Shown here: piece after piece, positions 48,616-57,296 of the stretch
Position numbering within the stretch: the stretch's first letter is position 1
How the letters are laid out: every line of letters begins with the position of its first letter
Source of the DNA: an uncultured Desulfobacterales bacterium
GTDB lineage: Bacteria; Desulfobacterota; Dissulfuribacteria; Dissulfuribacterales; QOAL01
DNA length: 64,000 nt
NCBI GenBank assembly: GCA_964638145.1
Contig: CAZXAK010000040.1
Location: 3,852-67,851, forward strand
Reading direction: 5' to 3'
The notes under the pieces: generated by a model
Told to the model about the DNA's origin: nothing
The model's database searches: none
The model's input: the letters and a program-made list of their open reading frames with translations, nothing else
Made by a program: the position numbers and the translations under genes

Positions 48616-48642
48616 TTATCGGTGCGCCCAAAAATAAACTTA
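48616..48642 (-). promoter_or_regulatory. Sigma-28 (FliA)-type promoter for the flgM operon
   Basis: Minus strand TAAG-N15-ACCGATAA, against the consensus TAAA-N15-GCCGATAA. The -10 element ends 36 nt before ATG 48580. Confidence 0.65.
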
Positions 48643-48701
48643 AATTTTCACAATGAAATTTTAAGATTTTTTCCCCTTTTTTCAAATGGATCGGAACCTC
48701 C

Positions 48702-50051
48702 ATGCAGAAACGTCAAAAATTAGAGAAAAGCAGGAAATCCACACAAGTGACTGGCTCACGCCCAGCTCTCATGAATTCCATATGGTTCTTCCTGATAATG
48801 TCTTCGATACTCACAGCAGCCTGGATAGGAGATCCTCAGAAACTCACTGATGTATCTTTCAAGGCTGCCCAAAATGCAGTAAACCTTGCCATAGGACTCA
48901 CAGGGGCCATGGCCCTGTGGCTGGGACTGATGAAAATCGCCGAATCAGGCGGCCTCATGACCATACTTGCCCGGATAATCAGGCCTGTAATGACCCGCCT
49001 CTTTCCAGACGTGCCGCCTGAACACCCTGCCATGTCAGCCATGGTCCTCAACATGGCAGCAAACGCGCTTGGGCTTGGCAATGCGGCTACCCCGTTGGGC
49101 ATAAAGGCAATGATGGCCCTGAACAGGTTGAACCCCTTTCCAGGCACAGCCACAGATGCAATGTGTCTGTTTCTTGCCATAAATACATCCAATGTCACCA
49201 TCCTTCCTCTTGGAACAATTGCAGTCAGGGCAGCCGCAGGGGCTTCCCAACCTGCCGCAATACTCCTGCCATCAATACTTGCCACATCATGTTCCACCAT
49301 GGTTGCAATAGCCGCTGCCAAATCTCTAAAGAAACTGTATCCACTGCCCCATAACGAACCGGTATCTCCCCTGCCCTTTTCAGACATAGATGACCGGCAA
49401 GAGGAACAGGACGAAACAGTAAAGCCTGCTCCCATCCCTGCGACACACCCCGCAAAACAGATCGTATTTGCAGGACTGGGTATCTGCCTGATAGGGGCAA
49501 TCACATGGCAGATCTATACAGGGCGTATCGATATATCAGGCATAACCGGTTGGATTGTCCCTGTCCTGATATTCGGGCTGGTAGGTTTTGGGTACATGAA
49601 AGGGGTTCCGGTATACGAACAGGGTGTGGAAGGGGCAAAAGATGGCTTCAAGGTGGCCATACGACTGATACCTTTTCTGGTAATGATCCTGGTTGCAGTG
49701 GGACTCTTCAGGGAATCAGGTGCCTTCAGGATACTGGCTCATGTGCTGGAGCCTGTTACATCACTCTTCGGCATCCCCGCAGAGGTAATTCCCATGGCCC
49801 TCCTGCGCCCCCTGTCAGGATCAGGCGCCTTTGGTCTCATGAGTGAGATTACCGCAAACGCGCCTGACAGCTATGCGGCATTCCTTGCCGGAACGATACA
49901 GGGTTCCACAGAGACCACCTTTTATGTCCTTGCCGTCTACTTCGGTGCTGCTGGCATCAGAAAGACACGATATGCAGTAACTGCGGCCCTTGCTGCTGAC
50001 CTGGCCGGATTCATAGCCTCGGTCTTCTTCTGCTCCATGTTCAGACCATAA
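48702..50051 (+). CDS. Nucleoside-recognition-domain membrane protein (SpmA/SpmB-like fusion)
   Basis: Polytopic membrane protein. ALWLGLMKIAESGGL and NMAANALGLGNAATPLGIKAM are typical of the family. An alternative start is ATG 48771. Confidence 0.7.
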   Translation: MQKRQKLEKSRKSTQVTGSRPALMNSIWFFLIMSSILTAAWIGDPQKLTDVSFKAAQNAVNLAIGLTGAMALWLGLMKIAESGGLMTILARIIRPVMTRLFPDVPPEHPAMSAMVLNMAANALGLGNAATPLGIKAMMALNRLNPFPGTATDAMCLFLAINTSNVTILPLGTIAVRAAAGASQPAAILLPSILATSCSTMVAIAAAKSLKKLYPLPHNEPVSPLPFSDIDDRQEEQDETVKPAPIPATHPAKQIVFAGLGICLIGAITWQIYTGRIDISGITGWIVPVLIFGLVGFGYMKGVPVYEQGVEGAKDGFKVAIRLIPFLVMILVAVGLFRESGAFRILAHVLEPVTSLFGIPAEVIPMALLRPLSGSGAFGLMSEITANAPDSYAAFLAGTIQGSTETTFYVLAVYFGAAGIRKTRYAVTAALAADLAGFIASVFFCSMFRP

Positions 50052-50074
50052 AAAAAGCCCGCACTTTGACGGGC
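50050..50074 (-). terminator. Rho-independent terminator after hup
   Basis: Minus strand GCCCG-tcaaagtg-CGGGC followed by T7. Confidence 0.7.
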
Positions 50075-50131
50075 CTCACCTGCGACTATTTCAAACAACC
50101 CTCTCACTTCAAGGGCCAAGGGCAGTCTATT

Positions 50132-50404
50132 TCATGAAGCACTCTCTGTCAGCCTGCTCCCGGGCTTGAACTTTACAACCTTCCTTGCAGGAATCTCAAT
50201 GGCCTCCCCCGTCTTTGGATGGCGTCCTGTTCGTGCCTTTCTTTCCGAAACGTAGAACGAACCAAAACCTACAAGAGTAACCTTTTCACCATTTCCCATT
50301 GCCTCTTCAACCGCCTCTATGAAACCATTCAGGGCCTTCTCGGCTGCACTCTTTGAAATTCCTGCTGCTTTGGCCATGTGATCTACAAGTTGTCCCTTGT
50401 TCAT
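50132..50404 (-). CDS. hup: DNA-binding protein HU
   Basis: MNKGQLVDHMAKAAGISKSAAEKALNGFIEAV...RKARTGRHPKTGEAIEIPARKVVKFKPG. Confidence 0.95.
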   Translation of the reverse strand: MNKGQLVDHMAKAAGISKSAAEKALNGFIEAVEEAMGNGEKVTLVGFGSFYVSERKARTGRHPKTGEAIEIPARKVVKFKPGSRLTESAS

Positions 50405-50439
50405 TTAAACCCTCCGTAATTATTGCATAAGCAAAATTG

Positions 50440-51204
50440 TCATAAGCACTCAACTGTTATTTCCATGGAGCCTATACCTAACCCTGCAACAACAGTTTTT
50501 ACTTTATTCAACAGTGCCTCACGCTCAACATTTCCAGTCTCAGGAACAGTAAGGACTGCCTTCCCACAACAGATCCTGAACCTGCTCCCTTCTACCCCCC
50601 AGTCTGAAAGCATGGACTCTATCTTTCCTACAAACAGCAGGGTCTGAGCCTCCAGAGGCTTGCCTGTCTCAATCCTTGTAGCAAGGCATGACTGGCTTCT
50701 GAGCCCCCATGATTCCAGTGATTTCAATAAGCTTAAATGTCTTATATCCCGCTTGTCAAGACCAAATCGGCTAAGCGGGGTAATTATCCCCAGCTCCTCT
50801 ATTGCCGCAAGGCCGGGCCTGTGAGCAGCCAGATCATCCTTCTGGGTGCCATCCATCAGATAGGATATGCCAAGTCTGTCACACACCCCGAGCATTTTCT
50901 TGTACATATAATATTTGCAATAGTAACAACGAAGGGCATCGTTACGGACAATCTCGGGGTAAAAAAGCGGGTCCCAATCAACAGTGACAAACCGTGCGGC
51001 TATGACATCAGCCATCACGGAAATGGCGTTACGGTCATCGGGATGTACAAACAGGGAATCTGCCGTAAGCGCGTAGACCGGATATCTGCAGCAGGTGACA
51101 GACGCATGGAGAAGGAAGCTGCTGTCTATCCCGCCGGACCAGGCTACAGCCACACTACCCTGCAACCCATGCAAAAAATCTTTCAGTTTGTTATATTTTT
51201 GCAC
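50440..51204 (-). CDS. PP-loop ATP pyrophosphatase, LarE-like sulfur transferase (three-Cys type)
   Basis: PP-loop AVAWSGGIDSS, CxxC (CYYCKYY) and SCLATR motif. Confidence 0.7.
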   Translation of the reverse strand: MQKYNKLKDFLHGLQGSVAVAWSGGIDSSFLLHASVTCCRYPVYALTADSLFVHPDDRNAISVMADVIAARFVTVDWDPLFYPEIVRNDALRCYYCKYYMYKKMLGVCDRLGISYLMDGTQKDDLAAHRPGLAAIEELGIITPLSRFGLDKRDIRHLSLLKSLESWGLRSQSCLATRIETGKPLEAQTLLFVGKIESMLSDWGVEGSRFRICCGKAVLTVPETGNVEREALLNKVKTVVAGLGIGSMEITVECL

Positions 51205-51270
51205 AACAGGGTTATAAACAGGGGCGTCCTATCTTCCACTTTTATCCTGCCCGTGGTGGGACCACAACTT

Positions 51271-52467
51271 CTATTCGTTCCCTGATGGAGCTGGCACTGA
51301 GGGACCAGGCAGGAGTTCCTGGGGTTCACCAAGCAGGAAACTGCCGCTTGATATCCAATCTTTAAGTATCTCGGCAATCTCTCTTGAACGGACGTAGCTT
51401 GACAGCGGGGCAGTCTTGACCTTTTTTCCATTGAGGGTGATGGTACCACTTCTGAGCTGGGCATATGTCACCTCTGCAAGACTCTCCCCCTTACCCTTGG
51501 GATAGGCCTCTCCATAATCAACTACCTGGGTAACAATCTCCTCATCGGATATCCCGGTCCTCATGGCTATCTCCTCATTGAGCACAGGAATGGGCACGCC
51601 AAGCCCCACTGCAAGTGAACAGCCGTATCCAAGCAGGCTAACACCTGCAAGAAATCTGGGGCTCATCTGTTTCATATCACCTGTTACCATGAGGGTACCT
51701 GCAGGACGTCTCGGGATTCCGTAATCCGTCCTGTCCACATCAGGGTTGTGCTGCGTACCTTCACATATCACATACCCCTGTGTCCCGCCCAGGAATATAC
51801 GGGTCCCCGTGCCAATGGTCTGATAGAGGGGATCATTGAACAGGGGACTCAACTGACCAGCAGTACAGTAGTTGGCATTGCCTGCATTGGGTCTCAACGT
51901 ACCCATATAGGTATAGACGGTCTTTTTTGTAAGATTTACAGCGCAGTTGTAATTTTGATAGGCGTTTCTTGGATTACAAAGCCGGGCATAGGGTAAATCA
52001 CTGAGTTTAAGCGTCTTTTCATACAACTTCCGTGGATAACAGTGGGTACCGTATGCCTCTGCCTTGAGCCTCACCGGCTTTCCGGCAACCAGGTCCTGAA
52101 TAACATGCCCTCCACCGTACAAAAACTCTCCAGGATAGATCACGTTGAGAGGATCACCCTCCACAGGTTCCGTAGCCCCGATATACAGATCAACCGCAGC
52201 AAGACCTGCGTAGCATGGCACACCGTTCAGCCATACCCTTGCTGCCTTGATCCCTGGAATACTGTGCCCGAAGTTTATGAAGGCCCCGGAAGAACACATG
52301 GGGGAAAACGTTCCAGTAGTTACTACATCCACTGTACGTGCGGCTTCCACCGCACCCTTGTTGCGTACTACCCCTATCATCTCTTCGGCAGTTACCACTA
52401 CTGCCCTGCCGGAACGAATTTTTTCGTTTATTTCCTGAAAAGTCTTGTTGACCTGAAAGTTAGGCAT
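51271..52467 (-). CDS. COG1900/DUF39 homocysteine-biosynthesis protein
   Basis: N-terminus KTFQEINEKIRSGRAVVVTAEEM and overall length fit the COG1900 family known from methanogens and sulfate reducers. Confidence 0.7.
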   Translation of the reverse strand: MPNFQVNKTFQEINEKIRSGRAVVVTAEEMIGVVRNKGAVEAARTVDVVTTGTFSPMCSSGAFINFGHSIPGIKAARVWLNGVPCYAGLAAVDLYIGATEPVEGDPLNVIYPGEFLYGGGHVIQDLVAGKPVRLKAEAYGTHCYPRKLYEKTLKLSDLPYARLCNPRNAYQNYNCAVNLTKKTVYTYMGTLRPNAGNANYCTAGQLSPLFNDPLYQTIGTGTRIFLGGTQGYVICEGTQHNPDVDRTDYGIPRRPAGTLMVTGDMKQMSPRFLAGVSLLGYGCSLAVGLGVPIPVLNEEIAMRTGISDEEIVTQVVDYGEAYPKGKGESLAEVTYAQLRSGTITLNGKKVKTAPLSSYVRSREIAEILKDWISSGSFLLGEPQELLPGPSVPAPSGNE

Positions 52468-52498
52468 TGATATTTATCCTGATATTTATTAGAGGCAC

Positions 52499-53101
52499 TC
52501 AGTCAAGAATGGAGACAATCCTGTGCCCCATATCCTCTACAGCCTGGATCATGGGCTTTATATCACATTTTTCCAATCTGATATAATGAACCTTTTTTCT
52601 CGAAGTCTGGGCATCCACCCCAACACTGACTATCCTGCCACCAAGTTCCCTTATGGCCCTTATGACATCGTCGATATTACCCTTTTTTTCATCAATAACA
52701 ACATCAAGCCTGGAACTATCTTCAAGAAGACCAAGAAACTCGATAAATGCCCCAAGGATATCAGTGATGGTGAGAATACCCACCAGTTTCCTCTTCTCCA
52801 TTACAGGAAGACCGCCAATCTTGTACTTGTGGATCAATCTTGCTGCAGAATCAATGCTGGCATTGGGATCCACTGTGATAGGATTGACAATCATCACGTC
52901 AGACATGGTCAGATCATCAACCATGGCCGGGAAAAAATACTGACGGAGATTGCTCTCTGTCACAAGTCCCTCCATGACATCTCCTTCCACCACAGGAATA
53001 TGCCTGATCGAGTGCTTGTGCATAAGCTCCACGGCCTCTCTCACAGAAGCTCCCGGTCCAATTGTTATAAGATCAGTGACCATCCAGTTCTTGACTTTCA
53101 T
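52499..53101 (-). CDS. CBS-pair plus ACT-like domain protein
   Basis: MHKHSIRHIPVVE and IHKYKIGGLPVME CBS repeats. It is a paralogue of the 507-1205 gene. Confidence 0.8.
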   Translation of the reverse strand: MKVKNWMVTDLITIGPGASVREAVELMHKHSIRHIPVVEGDVMEGLVTESNLRQYFFPAMVDDLTMSDVMIVNPITVDPNASIDSAARLIHKYKIGGLPVMEKRKLVGILTITDILGAFIEFLGLLEDSSRLDVVIDEKKGNIDDVIRAIRELGGRIVSVGVDAQTSRKKVHYIRLEKCDIKPMIQAVEDMGHRIVSILD

Positions 53102-53305
53102 TGTCTGACTCTCCCTGTATTTTTAACAAACACACCCCTATTCTCCCCTATTGCATATGTGCCACCACACCTCTCCCATCCTGATAAAGGGGAATATATG
53201 TTAAACAGGTCCCTGTTTCAAGGTGGTTAACTCTCCCGTGAAAATAGATACAGTTTTCCAGCAACTTTTCATGTTCCAAATGTATCTGCTTACAGGGTGC
53301 TACAG

Positions 53306-53367
53306 CAGATGCAAGGCGGTGGATACGCAGGCATACTCCCTGTCTTTATAAATGCCCCACAGGTAAG
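53306..53367. repeat. Solo copy of the M1 block of family-A elements
   Basis: CAGATGCAAGGCGGTGGATACGCAGGCATACT...CCCCACAGGTAAG against A5 GAGATCCAAGGCGGAGGATACGCAGACGTACT...TCCCACAGGTAAG. No family-A termini are nearby. Confidence 0.6.
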
Positions 53368-53371
53368 GCCA

Positions 53372-53869
53372 CTACAACTCATATAAGGTATCATCAACGG
53401 CAGGACGCATGTACCTCTTTCTGAATCCCCTGAGCACCTTTCCTTTACCAAGGCTCTTGAAAAGGTCATCGCTCTCAAGCACATCCCCCATCTCTTCCTC
53501 GATCTTATCCGGATCTTCTCCGGCCTCCATACGGCTGATGGCCTCTTCCATCGGCCCGCCTATATCAAGACCGGTTGCGGACATGAGCTTCCTCATCATG
53601 GCAGCAGCCTGCCTTGGATCATCCTCATCAATATTCTCTATCTCAGATGCCATGGACATCATGGCCTGCTCCAACTTACTCTCATCAATATCAGGCATGA
53701 TATCATCCTCTTCCTTGCGATTCTTGGATATCGCAAATATTGACACCTGTCTTTCAAGCCCCTTACGGTTACATTTGGGGCAGTCCGGCTGTTTTTCCGT
53801 ATTGATCCGCCTTGAGAAAAAATTAAATATCATATGACAGTCTGGACAGTAAAATTCATATACAGGCAT
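53372..53869 (-). CDS. FmdB-family zinc-ribbon protein with a long acidic C-terminal region
   Basis: MPVYEFYCPDCHMIFNFF...CPKCN, followed by an Asp/Glu/Met-rich tail. Confidence 0.75.
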   Translation of the reverse strand: MPVYEFYCPDCHMIFNFFSRRINTEKQPDCPKCNRKGLERQVSIFAISKNRKEEDDIMPDIDESKLEQAMMSMASEIENIDEDDPRQAAAMMRKLMSATGLDIGGPMEEAISRMEAGEDPDKIEEEMGDVLESDDLFKSLGKGKVLRGFRKRYMRPAVDDTLYEL

Positions 53870-54032
53870 GATGATACCTCCACTTATGCAATATTCTCCA
53901 CATACATAAAGATGTATGGATCGTACGCCTTCAGCTTACCTTGGACAAAATAAGTTCGAAATGAGATAATGTCCATAGCTACATGAAACAGTGCGCACAG
54001 GACCTCCATACTGCCATACCTGAAAGAGGAAA

Positions 54033-54314
54033 ATGCAAGTGACCTCCAAGTTGTCTCATACCGTATTTGCCACTATCCTTCTGACCTTTGCCCTTGGTGG
54101 ATGCATCCCGGGAGGTACAGGTGACATGCCAGCAAGAAAACTCATTGCCACCAGGTGCTCTTCGTGTCACAGCACAAAGAGGATATTCAAAAAGAAACGC
54201 AGCGGAGAGGCGTGGGATGAAATTGTTGACAGGATGGTGAGACATGGTGCCAGTCTGAACAGTAAAGAAAAAGGGATGATCGAGGATTATCTCTCTGCAG
54301 AGTATGGCACCTGA
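54033..54314 (+). CDS. Small lipoprotein with a single CxxCH haem-binding motif
   Basis: Lipobox LTFALGGC and one CSSCH, followed by RSGEAWDEIVDRMVRHGASL. Confidence 0.6.
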   Translation: MQVTSKLSHTVFATILLTFALGGCIPGGTGDMPARKLIATRCSSCHSTKRIFKKKRSGEAWDEIVDRMVRHGASLNSKEKGMIEDYLSAEYGT

Positions 54315-54376
54315 TAGACGGTACGCAGGGTCCTGTAGTATGTGGGCATAGTTTTATAGGTACAGGGACGGCCCTC

Positions 54377-55327
54377 CTAACGGACTCCCCCTCTTCGGAA
54401 TATACGTATGGCAAAGACCAACATTGATAGCAGTGGATGACGCCGCAGAAACGGGCTTACCTCAAGTGCCACACCAGAATGACGCTCAATCTTGTAAACA
54501 GCATAATCAACCCCTCCCCTGAAGGTAAAGGCCGCCTTCATAAGCCTCAGAACAGAGAGTATCTTGCCCTGCACACTTCTGACAAACCACCCCAGTCGGC
54601 ACATGTTGCGAGTACGTCCATCAATACTGGCTCGCCAGCAGGGCTCAACACCGTGCATGAATCTCAGGCCAAACGGTACGGCTTCAAGTGCAGGACCTGT
54701 AACAGCCATAAACCAGTGTGAACCTGCACTGAACAACGCCTCAACCCTGTCGGGCCGTTCCGGACGCAGTTCAGCACCGTACGCAAGCCCGAGACCATAC
54801 TGCCAGACCTGGCTTACCGTAAACTCGGGGGTAATACAGGGTATGGTCCTTGTGAGAAAGGTGATAACAGCACTGGCACACGCCTCCACCACATCATCTG
54901 CATCTGATCTGTCCTTAACATAGATAATGGCAGAAGGCTGACAGAAACGCCCCCAGAAGTATGAATGAAACCATCTCATGGAACACGCCTTTCTGAACTG
55001 GCTCAAAGAGATCACCGCATACTTTACCCTAATCGTCCTGTCTCTATACATACCCTCATAATAATAAACATTTGGGGGTAACAGACAATTTGCCAGAGCC
55101 GAAAGGTTCATGCCATGGGCATGCCCATAGCTGTCAACGAGCACATACAGGTCCACCAGGCCATCAAAGGGATTATCCCGCTGAAGACACGAGCCATAAA
55201 ACAGTACTGCCCGTACCGCACCCCTGTACTTCTCAACCAGGACCTCTGCCAAAAAATCAAGCTCAGGAGAGACCGGACGGATCATGCATTTCTTTATTTG
55301 GCTGAACAGTTGTGGTGGAATTGCCAT
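54377..55327 (-). CDS. Tam41/Mmp37-like nucleotidyltransferase (putative CdsA-independent CDP-diacylglycerol synthase homologue); start uncertain
   Basis: VLFYGSCLQ...VDLYVLVDSY...VKYAVISLSQFRKACSMRWFHSYFWGRFCQP parallels the Tam41 blocks YGSGV / iDfi..V.d / KYGVvs...L..DL..W..lYlAGRLqKP as I recall them. Candidate starts are 55402, 55327 and 55285. Confidence 0.5.
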   Translation of the reverse strand: MAIPPQLFSQIKKCMIRPVSPELDFLAEVLVEKYRGAVRAVLFYGSCLQRDNPFDGLVDLYVLVDSYGHAHGMNLSALANCLLPPNVYYYEGMYRDRTIRVKYAVISLSQFRKACSMRWFHSYFWGRFCQPSAIIYVKDRSDADDVVEACASAVITFLTRTIPCITPEFTVSQVWQYGLGLAYGAELRPERPDRVEALFSAGSHWFMAVTGPALEAVPFGLRFMHGVEPCWRASIDGRTRNMCRLGWFVRSVQGKILSVLRLMKAAFTFRGGVDYAVYKIERHSGVALEVSPFLRRHPLLSMLVFAIRIFRRGGVR

Positions 55328-55377
55328 TACAAGAAGGATAATCGGATACGGTTGGACCCTTTGAACGGGACATGAGA

Positions 55378-56283
55378 TCAGACAATGCCTATCCGCCTGC
55401 ATATGGGGAACAGGCTGGGATACTGGCGCAAAAATCCAAATATAATCCTGTGCATTGGGCCAAGATACTCATAGGCAATGGAATAGGCACGTTCCAAGAC
55501 ATCATTGTCATTATTGTTGCCAAAACTGCGGGCAATTGCTGACCTGGCCCTCTCCCTGAGAATGGCATCATAGGCAGCAAGGTCACTCACCTTGTTACGA
55601 TGGCGGAGAAAGGCGGTAAAACCATAGAACGCTGCAGAGGCACCATGGGCAGACAGCCCACCGGGACTGAACTTTCTGTAGGCCGATGTGGCCTCTGGAT
55701 CAAATACCCAGGGCCTGTCCTGTACTACGCGCAGCCAGAATTCAATATCGTGCCTGCGAAGCTGACTTTCAAGAAATCCTCCCACCTCCCGGACACGCTG
55801 GACATGAACCATACAGGCGGACATACCGACAAAATGGCCATAGCGACTGAACAGCTCAATGTAATCGTCAAGACCTGTGCCTATAACCTCTGACTTGACC
55901 TTGCTCTTGCGGACATGCAATCCGTCACTGCGTATGTGATCGTAATGATTTATATATCCTATGACACCTGTTCGGTTTATAACCTCAACCGCGCGTTTCA
56001 AATGATTGGGAAACCAGATATCATCCGCATCGAGAAATGCAATCCAATCGCCTGATGCGGCCTGTATCCCTGCGTTGCGGGCTCCAGCGCCGCCCCTTCT
56101 GTTGGTTTCAATTACCCTGACATTCATGCCTGACTGGCGCACCACATCCATACTGGAATCAGTGGAGCCATCGTCAACCACAATAACCTCATACGGGGGC
56201 CTACTCTGTGCAGCTACGGAATCAATACACTCCCCGATAAACTTTTCAGCATTATAACACGGTATGATTACAGATATATTCAT
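55378..56283 (-). CDS. Family-2 glycosyltransferase
   Basis: ISVIIPCYNAEKFIGECIDS...VIVVDDGSTD...FLDADD. ATG 56283. Confidence 0.88.
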   Translation of the reverse strand: MNISVIIPCYNAEKFIGECIDSVAAQSRPPYEVIVVDDGSTDSSMDVVRQSGMNVRVIETNRRGGAGARNAGIQAASGDWIAFLDADDIWFPNHLKRAVEVINRTGVIGYINHYDHIRSDGLHVRKSKVKSEVIGTGLDDYIELFSRYGHFVGMSACMVHVQRVREVGGFLESQLRRHDIEFWLRVVQDRPWVFDPEATSAYRKFSPGGLSAHGASAAFYGFTAFLRHRNKVSDLAAYDAILRERARSAIARSFGNNNDNDVLERAYSIAYEYLGPMHRIIFGFLRQYPSLFPICRRIGIV

Positions 56284-56305
56284 CAACTGCTCTCTGGTAT
56301 CTCCT

Positions 56306-57274
56306 TTACACCACAAGAAAGGTCTGTATGCCGCCACAGTCAATGATCACCGGACCTGAATCAGACGTTACATCGTACAGTTCGCCATCAACCGATACCT
56401 GGCCATCAAACTGCAACTCTATGCTTTCCGCACTGGTCAACCAGTAACCATACTGCCTGCCTTTACTGACAGACCTTCCGGCAAACAGCAGCGGGAGCCT
56501 GAACCACAGACCATGAGAGCCACTTGACAGGGCGGCAAAACGAAGGGGCCCCCTGCCCTGCCCCCTTGCAAACGGACGGAGCCCAAAGAGCAATCTGCCA
56601 AGCGTGGTGACCATGATGACGAGGAAGTCGTCATTAACAGGTGCGGAGTCGTCTAAAGTGACAGTGACAGTCCTTGCCCCTGCCCCCCTGCCCCTCTTTC
56701 CAGTAACAGACAGTGCGACATATCTTAAAAATGTAAGGACAATGCCAGGAACTCCCCAAAGTCCCTTACCATGAAATTTCTCACGATAGAAGGCCATGGC
56801 ATCACATATACCTGCGGTGGCCACAAACATGCCGTAATAGACCCCTGCACCAGGGACTGAAACCTGCAGGACATACCTGTTTATGATCCTGTATTTGTCC
56901 CTTCCGGTCACAGTGCCAATCCTCTCAAGCACAGAAGGAAGGGTTCCTCTCACCCCCACATCTGCAGCAGTCATGTTAGTTGTCCCCCCGGCAACCAACA
57001 GTAGGAGGGGTAAGACCGGAAAAGGTCTTTTTCTAAAAAGGGCAGTCATCACGGCCTGTACCGTGCCGTCTCCCCCACTTATAACAAGGAGATTGACCCC
57101 TGAATCACTTAGATCGCGCAGGGCCACTTCAACATCTGTTGGCGTGGTCACCTCCATCACAGGTATGGCAAAACGCGCAGCAATCTCGCTGGCATTCACC
57201 CCTATTTTACAATTCCCCCGGCTCAAGGGATTCAACAACACTCCAGGACGCAACTCTGCTGGCAGACATTTCAT
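56306..57274 (-). CDS. Diacylglycerol-kinase-catalytic-domain lipid kinase (YegS/BmrU/LCB5-like)
   Basis: LLVISGGDGTVQAV motif. Start probably ATG 57274; alternatives are 57286 and 57307. The track is over-extended to 57415. Confidence 0.75.
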   Translation of the reverse strand: MKCLPAELRPGVLLNPLSRGNCKIGVNASEIAARFAIPVMEVTTPTDVEVALRDLSDSGVNLLVISGGDGTVQAVMTALFRKRPFPVLPLLLLVAGGTTNMTAADVGVRGTLPSVLERIGTVTGRDKYRIINRYVLQVSVPGAGVYYGMFVATAGICDAMAFYREKFHGKGLWGVPGIVLTFLRYVALSVTGKRGRGAGARTVTVTLDDSAPVNDDFLVIMVTTLGRLLFGLRPFARGQGRGPLRFAALSSGSHGLWFRLPLLFAGRSVSKGRQYGYWLTSAESIELQFDGQVSVDGELYDVTSDSGPVIIDCGGIQTFLVV

Positions 57275-57296
57275 GTACGGCAGCATGCCGCATGGA

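Noticed and set aside
53169-53190. TTATCAGGATGGGAGAGG (minus strand) in the leader of the CBS/COG1900 operon, reminiscent of the 5' part of a SAM-I (S-box) riboswitch.
   Set aside because: The remaining S-box elements (GGCCC/GAA..CC, GCAACC, the pairing partner of the anti-anti-terminator) are absent. The resemblance is limited to about 12 nt.
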